A stretch of 64,000 nucleotides of DNA from Candidatus Thorarchaeota archaeon (GCA_003345545.1 PRDH01000081.1:32001-96000); one strand, 5' to 3'; counted from the first letter of the stretch, positions 1 to 11,195 are shown. A program made the numbers and translations. The notes: a model not told the origin generated them from the sequence alone.

Positions 1-1
1 C

Positions 2-754
2 CTTGAAGGCTTAATCAAAGAGCCCTATGTTCTTGGCGTGATGTTGTGGGGGAGCAGGGCGACAGGCTTTGGAGCTCCGACAGCAGACTGGGATGCACTC
101 ATCTATGTCACTGAGGAATATTATAACACTCTCAAGCTCAAGGACACAATCTGGTTGGAGTTCGATGAGTCTGTAGAGCCTCGCAAGCTGGTGATTGATT
201 TCTCTCCTGTGTCTGACGCTTGGTTCAGACAGCAGATCGAATCTCCCCTTGATATGGACCACTTTCCATATGTCGAAGGTGTTGTGATTCATGATCCAAC
301 GGGCAAGCTTGAGGAGTGGCGGAAGAGACTCGCTAGATATCCCGAGGAGGAACACCTCGACCGGCTCAAGAACAAGTACTGCACTCTGCTTGGTTCTTTA
401 GGATATGCTGATATCAACAGCAGACGAGGCCACATATACGACTCGAAATTGAATGCTTTCCGCTCGGTCGTGGCTGCTGCCAATCTGTGGTTCACAATAC
501 AGAAACAATGGACCCCTCCTCTGAAGTGGTGGACTCCCCATGTGAAGAATATGGGCATGTCTGAGGAAACCTACAAGTTGTTCTGTCACGCATTGGATGA
601 TCCAAAGTTTGAAACTGCTCTTGAACTGTTTAAGAAACTGAAGCAGGAAATCCTTGAGAAGGACTATGATTTTCCCAACGATTCAATGTCAACCTTCCTC
701 GAAACAATCCATGTGAACGGTCGTCCTGCCCAGATTCGTCACACCTATCTCTAG
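2..754 (+). CDS. Nucleotidyltransferase-domain protein (Pol beta superfamily), 5'-truncated by window edge
   Basis: GS-x8-DWD motif (WGSRATGFGAPTADWD); frame is open back to base 2. Confidence 0.7.
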   Translation, partial: LEGLIKEPYVLGVMLWGSRATGFGAPTADWDALIYVTEEYYNTLKLKDTIWLEFDESVEPRKLVIDFSPVSDAWFRQQIESPLDMDHFPYVEGVVIHDPTGKLEEWRKRLARYPEEEHLDRLKNKYCTLLGSLGYADINSRRGHIYDSKLNAFRSVVAAANLWFTIQKQWTPPLKWWTPHVKNMGMSEETYKLFCHALDDPKFETALELFKKLKQEILEKDYDFPNDSMSTFLETIHVNGRPAQIRHTYL

Positions 755-875
755 ACAGCATTGGCGCTATATCACGGTCTTCTCTCTGAGAACAACCCTC
801 TTGATGGCTCTCATCTTGAACGAAGAAGTAGCCGAGGCAGTGCTGCCCCAGAGCATTGATCAATAGCCCCTTCTA

Positions 876-2762
876 CTACAACTTCAGTCGAAAGACGTAC
901 TCCTCATCCTGTATCGAGATCTTGCTCTCTACAACCTTGCCCGTCTTATGGATGAAACGAATCATCGGTTGGTTCTGAGGATGCACAATGGCGATGAATG
1001 CCTCAACCCCCTTACTCTTTGCAATCCTCATCAGATGATTCAACAGGAATGTACCTATGCCCTTGCCTTGGTAGTCATCGTTTATGAGCAGAGCAAATTC
1101 AGCTTCGTTGGTGCTCCTGTCGAGGACGTATCTGCCTGCTCCAATAATCCGTTCAGTTTCGCCATCTGTATCCGACTTTATCACTGCTACAACACTGATA
1201 TCACGGGACTGGTCCACATTATAGAAGTCCTGGAGTGTCTGCCTTCTTAGACTCCTCAGCGGGGTGAGGAACCTGAAGTAGATACTCTCCTCGCTGAGCC
1301 CATAGAACAGCTCTTTGATTCGGTCAGTATCGTCAGGTCGGATAAGTCTAAAGTGTACATCAACTGGTCCCTCGGGACCTTTGAATCTCTCAGTCATCTC
1401 ATACTCGGAGGCAAAGTACGTTCCCTGTACTAGAAACGGGACCTGATCCTCAAAGACATAGCGCATCTTCTTTGCGGCCTCAAGGAGCTCATTTCGGAAC
1501 TTGGGGTGTGCAATAGCTATGAGGGATAATACACGTTCTCGGATAGTCTTCCCATACATGTTTGCCAGGCCATACTCCGTTATTATTACGTCTACATCTC
1601 CACGAGTAGTTACGACGCCGGCTCCCTCGCTCAGTTGCGGAACGATTCTTGACACTGTTCCATCAACAGCTGTGGAGGGCAAACAAATGATGGCCTTCCC
1701 TCCCACAGACCTCTTGGCTCCTCGAATGAAGTCAACTTGTCCTCCGATTCCACTGTAGAACCTGTGACCAATCGAGTCTGCACAGACCTGACCCGTGAGG
1801 TCGACCTCCAATGCGGAGTTTATTGCGATCATCTTTCTATTCTGCCCGATGACGTACGGGTCATTGACATACGCTGTGTCATGGAACTGGAAGAGAGGAT
1901 TGTCGTCAATGTACTCGTACAGCTTGCTAGACCCCATGGCGAAGCTCGCTATCACTTTTCCCTTGTTGATTGACTTCTTCTTGTTGGTCACAATACCAGC
2001 GTCTATCAGAGGAAGCAGGCTATCACTGAACATCTCTGTATGGATGCCCAAGTCTCGGACTCCCGAGTCCAAAAGGTTGTTACATACAGACTGTGGGAGT
2101 GCTCCAATTCCAAGCTCAAGAGTCGATTCATTCTCAACCAGTCTTGCTACATATTTACCAATGAGGTCTACTGTCTCTGTAATCTCATCACCTTGGAACT
2201 CTCTCAGTGGTTCGTTGAAGGGGACAAGATAGTCAATCTCTCGTATATCTACGAACGAGTCACCATGTGTTATTGGCATTTTGTCATTGACCTGTGCTAT
2301 GACGATATCAGCACTCTCGGAGGCAGCTTTTGTGATATCCACTGAGATACCCAGGGAACAGTATCCATAGCGGTCGGGTGGGCTAATCTGTATCATGGCG
2401 ACATCGAGAGGCATTCTCTTCTGTCTGAAGAGGTCAGGAATATCGGACAGCATCATGGGTGTATAGTCCGCGCGTCCCTCTGCGACTGCATCTCTGATGT
2501 TTGCGCTGACAAAGAACGTGTTGTGACGGAACTGGCTCTGGAATTTTGGATCTGCAGAAGGTGTATCTCCAAGAGTGAGAAGGTGTACAATCTCGTTGTC
2601 TGCCATCTGGTCGGCATGAGCTGCCAATTCTTGCACAAGATGATATGGTACGCCGCATCCCGTTCCCAAGAAGATTCTCGATCCTCGCCTAATCTTCTTG
2701 ATGGCCTTTGAGGCTGTCAGGATTTTGCTCTTGTATTGTTCAGTCCAATCAACCGCGACCAT
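876..2762 (-). CDS. Acetyl-CoA hydrolase/4-hydroxybutyrate CoA-transferase fused to a C-terminal GNAT domain
   Basis: LGIGALP, LGIHTEM and SGIGGQVDFIRGA motifs; C-terminal YQGKGIG acetyl-CoA-binding motif. Confidence 0.9.
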   Translation of the reverse strand: MVAVDWTEQYKSKILTASKAIKKIRRGSRIFLGTGCGVPYHLVQELAAHADQMADNEIVHLLTLGDTPSADPKFQSQFRHNTFFVSANIRDAVAEGRADYTPMMLSDIPDLFRQKRMPLDVAMIQISPPDRYGYCSLGISVDITKAASESADIVIAQVNDKMPITHGDSFVDIREIDYLVPFNEPLREFQGDEITETVDLIGKYVARLVENESTLELGIGALPQSVCNNLLDSGVRDLGIHTEMFSDSLLPLIDAGIVTNKKKSINKGKVIASFAMGSSKLYEYIDDNPLFQFHDTAYVNDPYVIGQNRKMIAINSALEVDLTGQVCADSIGHRFYSGIGGQVDFIRGAKRSVGGKAIICLPSTAVDGTVSRIVPQLSEGAGVVTTRGDVDVIITEYGLANMYGKTIRERVLSLIAIAHPKFRNELLEAAKKMRYVFEDQVPFLVQGTYFASEYEMTERFKGPEGPVDVHFRLIRPDDTDRIKELFYGLSEESIYFRFLTPLRSLRRQTLQDFYNVDQSRDISVVAVIKSDTDGETERIIGAGRYVLDRSTNEAEFALLINDDYQGKGIGTFLLNHLMRIAKSKGVEAFIAIVHPQNQPMIRFIHKTGKVVESKISIQDEEYVFRLKL

Positions 2763-2931
2763 CGTAGTTTCCTCTGTGAATGTGCTTCTCCCTTAGGCTC
2801 GCTATATAGGCATTTCCACATGGCATACTAAGCAAAGGGCGGTTGATTGTGTACCTAGAAGACGGAAGACTTTTAGTGCAGAACTATTCGCAAGCGATGT
2901 AGTATCTGACACATTACTAGGTGGATATCAT

Positions 2932-4197
2932 ATGTCGGAAGAAAAGATAGGAAATCGAAACCTGGTCGTACTCGGCGCAATCATAGTACAGCTCTGCCTT
3001 GGATCTATCTATGCATGGGGGATATTTCAGAATGAGCTGTACAGGCTTGACGGCTTGTATGGATGGGATAAGTTGTGGTCTAATCTGCCATTTGCAGCTG
3101 GTCTTGCATCATTTGCGATTGTCATGATATATGCTGGTCGCAGACAAGACCGTGTAGGCCCCCGTAAGGTTGCCACACTTGGGGGTGTCCTACTAGGAAT
3201 AGGTGTAATCCTCTCTGGATTAGTTGACATACTTGGGTTCGGAGCTGATATGGTTCAAGGTACACTGTATCTGATAATCACCTATGGTATCGTTGGTGGT
3301 GCTGGAATTGGGTTTGCCTACGTCTGTCCAATTGCAGCTCTTGTAAAATGGTTCCCTGACAAAAAAGGATTCATGACCGGAATCGCAGTTGCTGGTTTTG
3401 GTGGCGGTGCATTGATTTTCAACTTTGTTGAACAGGGTCTAATCAGTTACTTTGGATATGTCATTGGATATCCATTGATGATTCTTGGAGCAATCTATCT
3501 CATATTCACAGTACTCGGTGCTCAACTGCTAGTCAATCCCCCGGTTGGTTGGCTTCCTCAGGGCTTCACACCTCCCGCAACAACAGCGGACGGCAAAGGT
3601 ACAGGATGCGTGCCAGGTGTAATGATTCGAACGAGTAGTTTTTGGGTTCTCTGGTTGATGTTCATCTTTGCTGCAACAGCTGGTCTGATGACCCTTGGCA
3701 ATGTTGTATCAGCAGCTAGAGGCATCGATCTGACCATCACAGCGTTCATCGCCGCTCTGATTCCAAGTATTATGGCAATCTTCAATGCAGCTGGAAGAAT
3801 AGTCTGGGGGACAGTTTCTGATAGGATTGGGAGAATCTCTACCTTCATCATGATGTTCTCGATTCTTGCCTTAGCTATGTTTGGACTTGCATTCATTCCA
3901 ACAGGGACTTCATGGATTGTGATCACTCTCATAGCATCTGTTGTAGGATTCTGCTTTGGAGGCAACTTTGCTCTATTCCCATCCGCAACAGCAGATTACT
4001 TCGGCTCTGCAAACGTTGGTAAAAACTACGGTGTCGTCTTCACTGCCTATGGAATTGCAGGAATTACTGGTGCTCTAGTTGCAGGCACATTTGGTCAAGC
4101 CTTCGGCTACTCAATGGCCTTTCTTGTAACAGGAATTCTTGCCGTTATAGCAGTACTACTGACTTTCGCTCTAAAATCGTGCAGAAAGAATGCATAA
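2932..4197 (+). CDS. OFA-family (oxalate/formate antiporter-like) MFS transporter
   Basis: About 12 hydrophobic segments; KWFPDKKG and DYFGSANVGKNYG motifs. Confidence 0.9.
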   Translation: MSEEKIGNRNLVVLGAIIVQLCLGSIYAWGIFQNELYRLDGLYGWDKLWSNLPFAAGLASFAIVMIYAGRRQDRVGPRKVATLGGVLLGIGVILSGLVDILGFGADMVQGTLYLIITYGIVGGAGIGFAYVCPIAALVKWFPDKKGFMTGIAVAGFGGGALIFNFVEQGLISYFGYVIGYPLMILGAIYLIFTVLGAQLLVNPPVGWLPQGFTPPATTADGKGTGCVPGVMIRTSSFWVLWLMFIFAATAGLMTLGNVVSAARGIDLTITAFIAALIPSIMAIFNAAGRIVWGTVSDRIGRISTFIMMFSILALAMFGLAFIPTGTSWIVITLIASVVGFCFGGNFALFPSATADYFGSANVGKNYGVVFTAYGIAGITGALVAGTFGQAFGYSMAFLVTGILAVIAVLLTFALKSCRKNA

Positions 4198-4207
4198 TCA
4201 GTACCAT

Positions 4208-4254
4208 GAGAGGTCAGAGGATGTGAATTCTCCGACCTCTTGTCACTCTTTTTT
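4208..4254 (+). terminator. Hairpin followed by T-tract after the OFA transporter
   Basis: GAGAGGTC...GACCTCTT inverted repeat, then ctcttttttg. Confidence 0.5.
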
Positions 4255-4355
4255 GGGAACTAACCCTCTGAACAATTTCCGTTCCGATTGGACAAGCTTC
4301 ATATAGTACATTTCTTGTGGCCGGTCAAATCATCTACCGGATTTGGTGACCGATT

Positions 4356-6344
4356 TTGTCAACAGATAAGAAGATTACAGTTTACAGCCAAGAGGAAAGG
4401 CATTTTCCACCTCCAAAGAGCTTCTCCAAGAAGGCTTACATAAAGAGCCAAGAAGAGCGGATGAAGATGTGGAAGGAGTCTATAGAAAAGCCTGACACCT
4501 TCTGGCTAAAGGCAGCAAAGGAATTGTGTTACTGGAAGAAGGAGCCGACCAAGGCTCTCGATTGGAAGGACCCCAAGAATGCAGTATTCACGTGGTTCGA
4601 AGACGGTGTGACCAACATGGCTTACAACTGTCTTGACAAGCATGTGAAAGCAGGTAAGGGCGATCAGATTGCACTCATCTGGCAGGGCGAGCCTTTGGAT
4701 GAGTCAAGGACCTTCACCTACAAACAGCTTCTCAGCGAGGTCAACAAGGCTGCGAATATTCTGAAGAGCCTCGGGGTCAAGAAGGGCGACAGAGTCACGA
4801 TCTATCTCCCGATGATTCCTGAGCTCGGAATCATCATGCTTGCATGTGTGAGGATTGGCGCGGTCCACAGCGTCGTCTTTGGCGGGTTCAGTGCTGATTC
4901 CTTGGTGGATAGGATTACAGACTCTCAAGGCAAGGTCCTAGTCACGGCTGATGGTTACTACCGCAGTGGCAAGGTTGTCCCACAAAAGGCAGGTGCTGAC
5001 AAAGCACTCGAATCTGTTCCTGTGGTAGAGAAGGTTCTTGTTATCAAGAGAGTTGGAATCGACGTTCCATGGGTCAAGGGCAGAGATGTCTGGTACCATG
5101 AAGAGCAAGCAAAAGTCAATGACAAGTGTGAGACCGAGTGGATGAAGGCTGAAGATCCCCTATTCATCCTCTATACTTCAGGTTCTACTGGCAAACCAAA
5201 GGGTGTGCTTCACACACTTGCGGGATTCATGGTCTACACAACTCAATCCTTTCTCTATATCTTTGACTGGCACCCTGGAGATGTCTACTGGTGTACTGCT
5301 GACATCGGCTGGATTACAGGTCATTCCTACATCTTGTATGGCCCTCTCTCAGCTGGAGCGACAACTCTGATGTATGAGTCGGTACCTACATACCCTGACA
5401 ATGACCGCTTCTGGCATGAAGTAGAACACTGGAAAGTGAACGAGTTCTACACGGCTCCTACTGCACTTCGTGCACTAATGAGATTCGGTGATGGCCCCGT
5501 ACTGAAGCACAATCTGTCAAGCCTGAAACTTCTCGGGACCGTTGGTGAGCCAATCAATCCGGAGGCCTGGATGTGGTATCATAGGGTAGTTGGCAAAGAG
5601 AAATGCCCGATTGTTGACACCTACTGGCAGACTGAAACGGGTGGTGTGATTCTCACACCTCTACCTGGTGCAACGTCAACAATCCCCGGTTCAGCCACTT
5701 TCCCCTACTTTGGTCTTGAGCCCCTCATCGTTGCCGAAGACGGAGTACCCGTAGGTCCAAACGAGGGTGGCTATCTCTGCTTCAAGAAACCTTGGCCAGG
5801 TCTCATGAGGACTGTCTATGGCAACCACAAACGATTCATCGAAACTTACTGGGTCCAGTTCAAGAACCCCGAAGACAAGAAGCCGATGTACTACACTGGT
5901 GATGGCGCTCGATTCAACCAAGATGGCTACTACTTTGTTATGGGCCGTCTAGACGATGTCTTGAAAGTTTCCGGCCATAGACTCGGAACTGCAGAGATTG
6001 AGTCTTCACTCGTCAAGCATCCTGCTGTTGCGGAGTGTGCAGTTGTTGGATTCCCACACGAGATCAAGGGAGAAGACATCTACTGCTTCGTGACCCTCAA
6101 GGTGGGTGTTGAGAAGACTGATGCGCTCCGTCAGGAACTCAAGAACCACGTTCGTAATGATGTAGGCCCCATCGCAACCCCGGCCAAGATACAGTTTGCA
6201 GATGCTTTACCCAAGACTCGCTCCGGCAAGATCATGCGCCGCATTCTGAAGCGCATTGCTGCGGGTCAGATAGACGATCTCGGTGATGTCACCACGTTGG
6301 CAGACCCATCAGTCGTCGATACCTTAGTCAGTGAGCGTCAGTAG
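4356..6344 (+). CDS. acs: AMP-forming acetyl-CoA synthetase
   Basis: YTSGSTGKPKG, DTYWQTETG and PKTRSGKIMRR signatures. Confidence 0.97.
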   Translation: MSTDKKITVYSQEERHFPPPKSFSKKAYIKSQEERMKMWKESIEKPDTFWLKAAKELCYWKKEPTKALDWKDPKNAVFTWFEDGVTNMAYNCLDKHVKAGKGDQIALIWQGEPLDESRTFTYKQLLSEVNKAANILKSLGVKKGDRVTIYLPMIPELGIIMLACVRIGAVHSVVFGGFSADSLVDRITDSQGKVLVTADGYYRSGKVVPQKAGADKALESVPVVEKVLVIKRVGIDVPWVKGRDVWYHEEQAKVNDKCETEWMKAEDPLFILYTSGSTGKPKGVLHTLAGFMVYTTQSFLYIFDWHPGDVYWCTADIGWITGHSYILYGPLSAGATTLMYESVPTYPDNDRFWHEVEHWKVNEFYTAPTALRALMRFGDGPVLKHNLSSLKLLGTVGEPINPEAWMWYHRVVGKEKCPIVDTYWQTETGGVILTPLPGATSTIPGSATFPYFGLEPLIVAEDGVPVGPNEGGYLCFKKPWPGLMRTVYGNHKRFIETYWVQFKNPEDKKPMYYTGDGARFNQDGYYFVMGRLDDVLKVSGHRLGTAEIESSLVKHPAVAECAVVGFPHEIKGEDIYCFVTLKVGVEKTDALRQELKNHVRNDVGPIATPAKIQFADALPKTRSGKIMRRILKRIAAGQIDDLGDVTTLADPSVVDTLVSERQ

Positions 6345-6359
6345 TAATTCGCTATTTTA

Positions 6360-6396
6360 CGAGAGACCTACAAAGGTCTCTCGAGTTCTTCTTTTT
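6360..6396 (+). terminator. Perfect 10-bp hairpin plus T-tract after acs
   Basis: CGAGAGACCT-ACAA-AGGTCTCTCG followed by agttcttcttttt. Confidence 0.65.
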
Positions 6397-6704
6397 CAGA
6401 GTGATCACATGTTTCGACAACGCTCGGCTATCGAGCGGGTTCAGTCAGAGTTTCCGAGAAGGATAATGACCATTGATATACGCATCATCTCAAAGTCCGT
6501 GTCTACTACTGTATCTGACAAGAGATAAGCTACCAGACGGTCTTGGGACGTCTCAGAACGTTTCTTCCAATGATTTCTCTTTTGAGTTCGGCAATCACGA
6601 TACTCGTTCTTGGAAGCGTAGATGTGCTGCAATACTCTGCTGGTTTGGGGAAAACCATGACACCTCTCAAGCATTGGATTGAACATGGTGTTCGATACTG
6701 ATGT

Positions 6705-8801
6705 CTACTTGCAGATTTCGCCATACTTCCTCTTGAAGTTCGCAGCCATCTCCGGAAAACCATACTTGACCCAGGCTCTGTACGCCAAATCGAATGTTTC
6801 CCTTGCCAGTTGAGGGTACTTCTTGTTGTCCAGTCGCTTGCACGCGTCCATTAGTATCCCTACATACTGGCTCGACATCATGGCTACCTCGTAGTCGTAT
6901 TTTGTTGGGTCTTGAACTGCAATTCGGTTGAGTGCAATCACCCTGTCTACGACTTCTTCCAACTCCTTCGCCTTCAAGGACCCCGTGACCAGAGAGGCAT
7001 GAAAACTAGCAGACATTATATCATCCCTGCAGATTATGCCCCTAGAAACAAACCACTCTTGGGTGTCCAATATGACCTCCACGCATCTCTTGAGAACTAC
7101 TATCCTCTCATCGCGCTTGAGCAGCCTTGCAGCAAGCGCAGTCAGTGCAGTTACTGCATTTCCGAGGCTTGTGGCATAGGCCTCTGGTTTTGTTATCTGT
7201 TCTGCGTCAATCGTATTGACGTCAAGCGATTTCATAGCGATATAGATCAGACGCGTTTCATCTTCAGATAAGATGTCTGCCCTTGTAAGAATCGGACTAA
7301 GAGAATTCGCAACTACGAATACCGAGAATTGCACCTGTGCCTTCTGCCATTCTCCGTCTATGGTACTATAGATATCCAAGAGAAACTCTAATGATTGATT
7401 CAGATGCTGTTCGCGAGCATCGCCAGTTGCCAAGAAGTAGTACTCTGCGTAAGCAACACCTAGACTCTGGAATACACTATCTAGTGTGTAGTTGAAGATG
7501 GGAATCTCAGTTGTCAGTAGGCTCCTGAAGTAGTCTCGATACAACATGAGGACTTCCTCGAGTATCTTCCTGCGTTCGTCTATTGTGAGCACAGGGGATT
7601 CAGCCAGGGCGGTAAGAATCGCGATGTAATTCTGCAGCTTCAGAGAAGCTGTGACACCAATCTCGATTCCCTTTCCCTCTTTCTTTAACTCCCATAACAG
7701 ATCCGGGTCAAGCACCCAGTTGATATTTCCAAGGATACCTGTAATCTTCGACTTATATGCTCCTAACTCGTCACGAAAACCATCATAGCTTGTGATTGAG
7801 TAGAGTTTTTTGAATAACTTGCCTCGTTCATCAATAGCCTCAATGAATGTACAATACACATCTGACTTCTCTCTATACATATCGAGTATTCTCGCGGCGA
7901 ACTCCGGGTAATCTACAACTCTCACATCAAAAAACAGAAAACCAAGTAGAAGATGCTCATCATCATTCCTGAACTCAAAATGCTTCACTGCCTCTCTGAA
8001 TGCCCGAGAGTAATCAGCAGGAATGAGGTCCCCAGCTGTAAAGCCTACGAGTGTCCGGGCAAGATCTGTGAAAGGATAGTCCTGTGGAAGAGCTGCGGCA
8101 ATTCTCTTCAGTTCTGCCATCGGAGGTGAAACCGCCTTAGTCATGGTATGCGTCAATGCACCCATCTTGAGACAGAAGACGCTGGCCAGTGCCCCCTCTT
8201 GACTCATCGCCACAGCACATGCTCTATCGAACTCTCCCTGAAGGGCCAATTCAAGTGCATCATCGAGAGTTCCCTTCGCTTTTGTCTTGAGATTATTCCA
8301 CTTCTCAATGGATTCTGCCCTACTGAAAAGTGACTCCACGTCCTGAAGAGCCTTGGAGAGTTTCTTATCTTGCATCAAGACCTTCAGTGTGGGATTCCAG
8401 ATGCCGTATATTGTTTCCGCGAATCCTGTTTCAATGTGATCTCGTGTATAGGTATGAAGAATCTGATCAATTGTCCTTGTGTGAGTGTCACCCACTAATC
8501 CATCTGCTGCCACTAAGTCCGAGTCATCAATTGCATCTGCTATCACTCGGAGGAGGCTATCCATGTAGTCTTCTGCCCTGTCTACAAGTGCGACAACTGT
8601 GTAGCCCTTCTTGCACTCCGTCACAATCAGAGTGTTCTCCCTAAAACCCAGCTTTCTGACCTCTCCGCTCCCTATGACATTACTCAGTGCCTTTGCAGCC
8701 TCTATCAGGGGGCCAAGGATCATCTCACCATCTGCATCCATTGAGCTCTTGATCTTGATAGGGACGCCGCCTGTGGTCAGGACACCGATGAGCCGAATCA
8801 T
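6705..8801 (-). CDS. Hypothetical protein, N-terminal longin-like domain and long helical region
   Basis: 698-aa ORF; N-terminus shows a beta-beta-alpha-beta-beta-beta-alpha pattern typical of longin folds (by eye). Confidence 0.55.
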   Translation of the reverse strand: MIRLIGVLTTGGVPIKIKSSMDADGEMILGPLIEAAKALSNVIGSGEVRKLGFRENTLIVTECKKGYTVVALVDRAEDYMDSLLRVIADAIDDSDLVAADGLVGDTHTRTIDQILHTYTRDHIETGFAETIYGIWNPTLKVLMQDKKLSKALQDVESLFSRAESIEKWNNLKTKAKGTLDDALELALQGEFDRACAVAMSQEGALASVFCLKMGALTHTMTKAVSPPMAELKRIAAALPQDYPFTDLARTLVGFTAGDLIPADYSRAFREAVKHFEFRNDDEHLLLGFLFFDVRVVDYPEFAARILDMYREKSDVYCTFIEAIDERGKLFKKLYSITSYDGFRDELGAYKSKITGILGNINWVLDPDLLWELKKEGKGIEIGVTASLKLQNYIAILTALAESPVLTIDERRKILEEVLMLYRDYFRSLLTTEIPIFNYTLDSVFQSLGVAYAEYYFLATGDAREQHLNQSLEFLLDIYSTIDGEWQKAQVQFSVFVVANSLSPILTRADILSEDETRLIYIAMKSLDVNTIDAEQITKPEAYATSLGNAVTALTALAARLLKRDERIVVLKRCVEVILDTQEWFVSRGIICRDDIMSASFHASLVTGSLKAKELEEVVDRVIALNRIAVQDPTKYDYEVAMMSSQYVGILMDACKRLDNKKYPQLARETFDLAYRAWVKYGFPEMAANFKRKYGEICK

Positions 8802-8997
8802 ATGGGCACTCCTCTATAGACCTCTCTACATACTATAGCATGTGAAAAGGGTTCTTACGACTTAGTGCTGTGACTCAGTCTACTGATGCTAATACTCCTT
8901 CAGAATCCGGAGAAAAACAGGCATAGCTCTTGAAGCAAGCCTGATCATGCAATGATTCGGCATCATTTCCCTCTGGCGGGAGTCTTAAATATCGCAA

Positions 8998-9921
8998 TTG
9001 AATTCAGAAGGTATTACTCTCCCGAAGACTGAATTGAATACGGCGATGAAAATGTGTCAATGGTGTTTCAAACACGGCGATGGCGGCAAGTGGTACAACA
9101 ATGCCCGGCTCTACCGGAACGAACTGGCTGATGAGTATAATGCGAGTGAGTACCTGCAGGAACAGTGGAAGAACATGGAAACCCTCTTTATTCGTAAGAT
9201 TATGGGATTCAACTCCATTGGCCTAGGTTACAAGATGCAGATGCCAATCATAGGGCGAGTCATTCGCAAGGTCGTTGAGGCTCAGATACATAGTGAGAAG
9301 AAGAACAGAAATCCAGTACGTGCCGACGGCCACTTCGGACAGGTTGTCCCCCTCGAAGATGCTCAGCACATCCTTGGGAATCTTGCGGCTGAACCTATCA
9401 TCAAGAACTACTGTGTCTGCAGATGGATGCAGAGAGGAGTAAAGGATGCAGTCTGCATCAACTTCGGTCAGTTGTCAGGGATAATTGAGAAATGCACGCG
9501 ATATATCCCTGAGGGCGTGAAGTATAAACTCGACCGTGAAGAAGCAATCCAAGCGCTTCAAGAGCAGAACCAAAAAGGCTACGTTGCGACGGTCTGGTTC
9601 CAACCAATACCCTACATCAATGCGGTCTGTTCCTGTGAGAGTCCCGAGTGCGGAGGTCTCAGACTGAGAAACGACTTCAATCTGAGGACCGTGTACAAGG
9701 GTGAGTACGTCATCAACATTGATATTGACAAATGCCAAGGCTGCCAGTCGTGCGTCAAGATGTGTCAGTTCAGCGCGCTCAGATATCTTCCATCTGTGAA
9801 GCGGACCATTGTAGACCTAGACAAGTGTTTTGGGTGTGGTGTCTGTCGGCATGCATGTAAGCATGATGCGCTCAGCTTAGTCCCGAGAGAGTCTGTCCCC
9901 GGGCAAGCCGGGAGGTACTGA
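8998..9921 (+). CDS. 4Fe-4S ferredoxin-domain protein (start may be ~9046)
   Basis: Two CxxCxxCxxxC motifs at C-terminus plus CxCR and CSC motifs. Confidence 0.85.
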   Translation: MNSEGITLPKTELNTAMKMCQWCFKHGDGGKWYNNARLYRNELADEYNASEYLQEQWKNMETLFIRKIMGFNSIGLGYKMQMPIIGRVIRKVVEAQIHSEKKNRNPVRADGHFGQVVPLEDAQHILGNLAAEPIIKNYCVCRWMQRGVKDAVCINFGQLSGIIEKCTRYIPEGVKYKLDREEAIQALQEQNQKGYVATVWFQPIPYINAVCSCESPECGGLRLRNDFNLRTVYKGEYVINIDIDKCQGCQSCVKMCQFSALRYLPSVKRTIVDLDKCFGCGVCRHACKHDALSLVPRESVPGQAGRY

Positions 9922-9922
9922 G

Positions 9923-10216
9923 GTGTGTGAAATGGTCAAGAGAACGAGCATCAAGATTGACTATTCCAAATGTCATAGTGGAGCTAGCACAGACCCGCGC
10001 GAGTGCAGAAAATGTCTCTTTGTCTGTGACCCCGCAGTATATCTGATGCATCCGACGTTGGAGAACCACCCAGACCCCTATAATCCTGAGATCTGGCGCA
10101 TTGACGCGATTTGGCTCTCAAAATGCACTGGATGCATGAAATGTGTCGAAGTCTGCCCGGAGAAAGCAATCACAGTGAAACCTGGAGACTCGCTCATGAC
10201 GATCAGGGGATACTGA
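9923..10216 (+). CDS. Small 4Fe-4S ferredoxin
   Basis: CTGCMKCVEVCP motif. Confidence 0.85.
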   Translation: MCEMVKRTSIKIDYSKCHSGASTDPRECRKCLFVCDPAVYLMHPTLENHPDPYNPEIWRIDAIWLSKCTGCMKCVEVCPEKAITVKPGDSLMTIRGY

Positions 10217-11195
10217 GAGTAGTTATCGGTCGTGATTGAAGAATCACAATCTCACCGTCTGATTTGATACACCACTCGATGTCTTGGGGTGTTCCCATCA
10301 TCTGCTCAATCTCCAGTCCTATCTGTGCCACCTTCAGCACTAATCGATTATCCAGAGTGAACTCCTCACGTTTCTCCCTGGGCGTATCGTGTGTTGTGGC
10401 CTTAGCGCTGTTCTCTGAGACTGAAGCAATACTAGTAATCATCTTCGTTCCTAGTTCTCTCTGTAGGACACGTCGCGGTTTCTTGGATAGTATGAAGGTG
10501 TCGGGAATGACTCTCCCCGATACTAGTGTTTCTCCTAGTCCCCAAGTTGCGTTGATCAACATCTCGTTCGTGTTGCTATTCACTACATTAGCTGTGAACA
10601 TTACACCTGAAACAACGGCAGGTATCATCTCCTGAACTACTACAGCCATCTTGACTTGTTTCAATGGAATTCCCTTGGACTTCAGATAGATTGCTGCGCT
10701 TGGAGAGTATGCTGATCTCCAGACCCGTTTCACAGCTTCAAATATGTCTGAAGTGTTTCTGATACAGAGAAGAGTTTCTGCTTGACCTGCAAAGGAAATA
10801 TCACTGCGGTCTTCGATTGTGGCTGACGAACGAACCGCATAACCTGCCTTAGAGCCGGTTGTTGATTCCTGCATACTCTGAAGTCCCTTCATAATCTCGG
10901 ATTTCAGATCCTCCCCCAACTGACAGAGACTCACCAGTGTCTGGATCTTTTCTGCAAGAAGAAGCATCTCTTCGAAGTCATCCACAGATTCGATTTTATC
11001 AAGCAGTCTGATCACATCTGGAATTCTATCTCTCATCCGAACGAAGTTATGACTCGAGATTGAAAACCCTCTTGGTGTACGAAACCCCTCACGGCGCAGA
11101 TGGGCAAGGCTCGTTGCCTTACCACCATGAGTTTCAATATCCTCTGGTCGAATGCTGTCCAGAGATTGAATCAGAGGAATCTTGCAGTTGTCCAA
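10203..11195 (-). CDS. Stand-alone PEP/pyruvate-binding (ATP-grasp, PPDK_N) domain protein
   Basis: GGKA, AVRSSATIED, SFAGQ, GLGETLVSG, QDIEW and LQSRPIT motifs; no His or pyruvate domain. Confidence 0.92.
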   Translation of the reverse strand: MDNCKIPLIQSLDSIRPEDIETHGGKATSLAHLRREGFRTPRGFSISSHNFVRMRDRIPDVIRLLDKIESVDDFEEMLLLAEKIQTLVSLCQLGEDLKSEIMKGLQSMQESTTGSKAGYAVRSSATIEDRSDISFAGQAETLLCIRNTSDIFEAVKRVWRSAYSPSAAIYLKSKGIPLKQVKMAVVVQEMIPAVVSGVMFTANVVNSNTNEMLINATWGLGETLVSGRVIPDTFILSKKPRRVLQRELGTKMITSIASVSENSAKATTHDTPREKREEFTLDNRLVLKVAQIGLEIEQMMGTPQDIEWCIKSDGEIVILQSRPITTLSIP

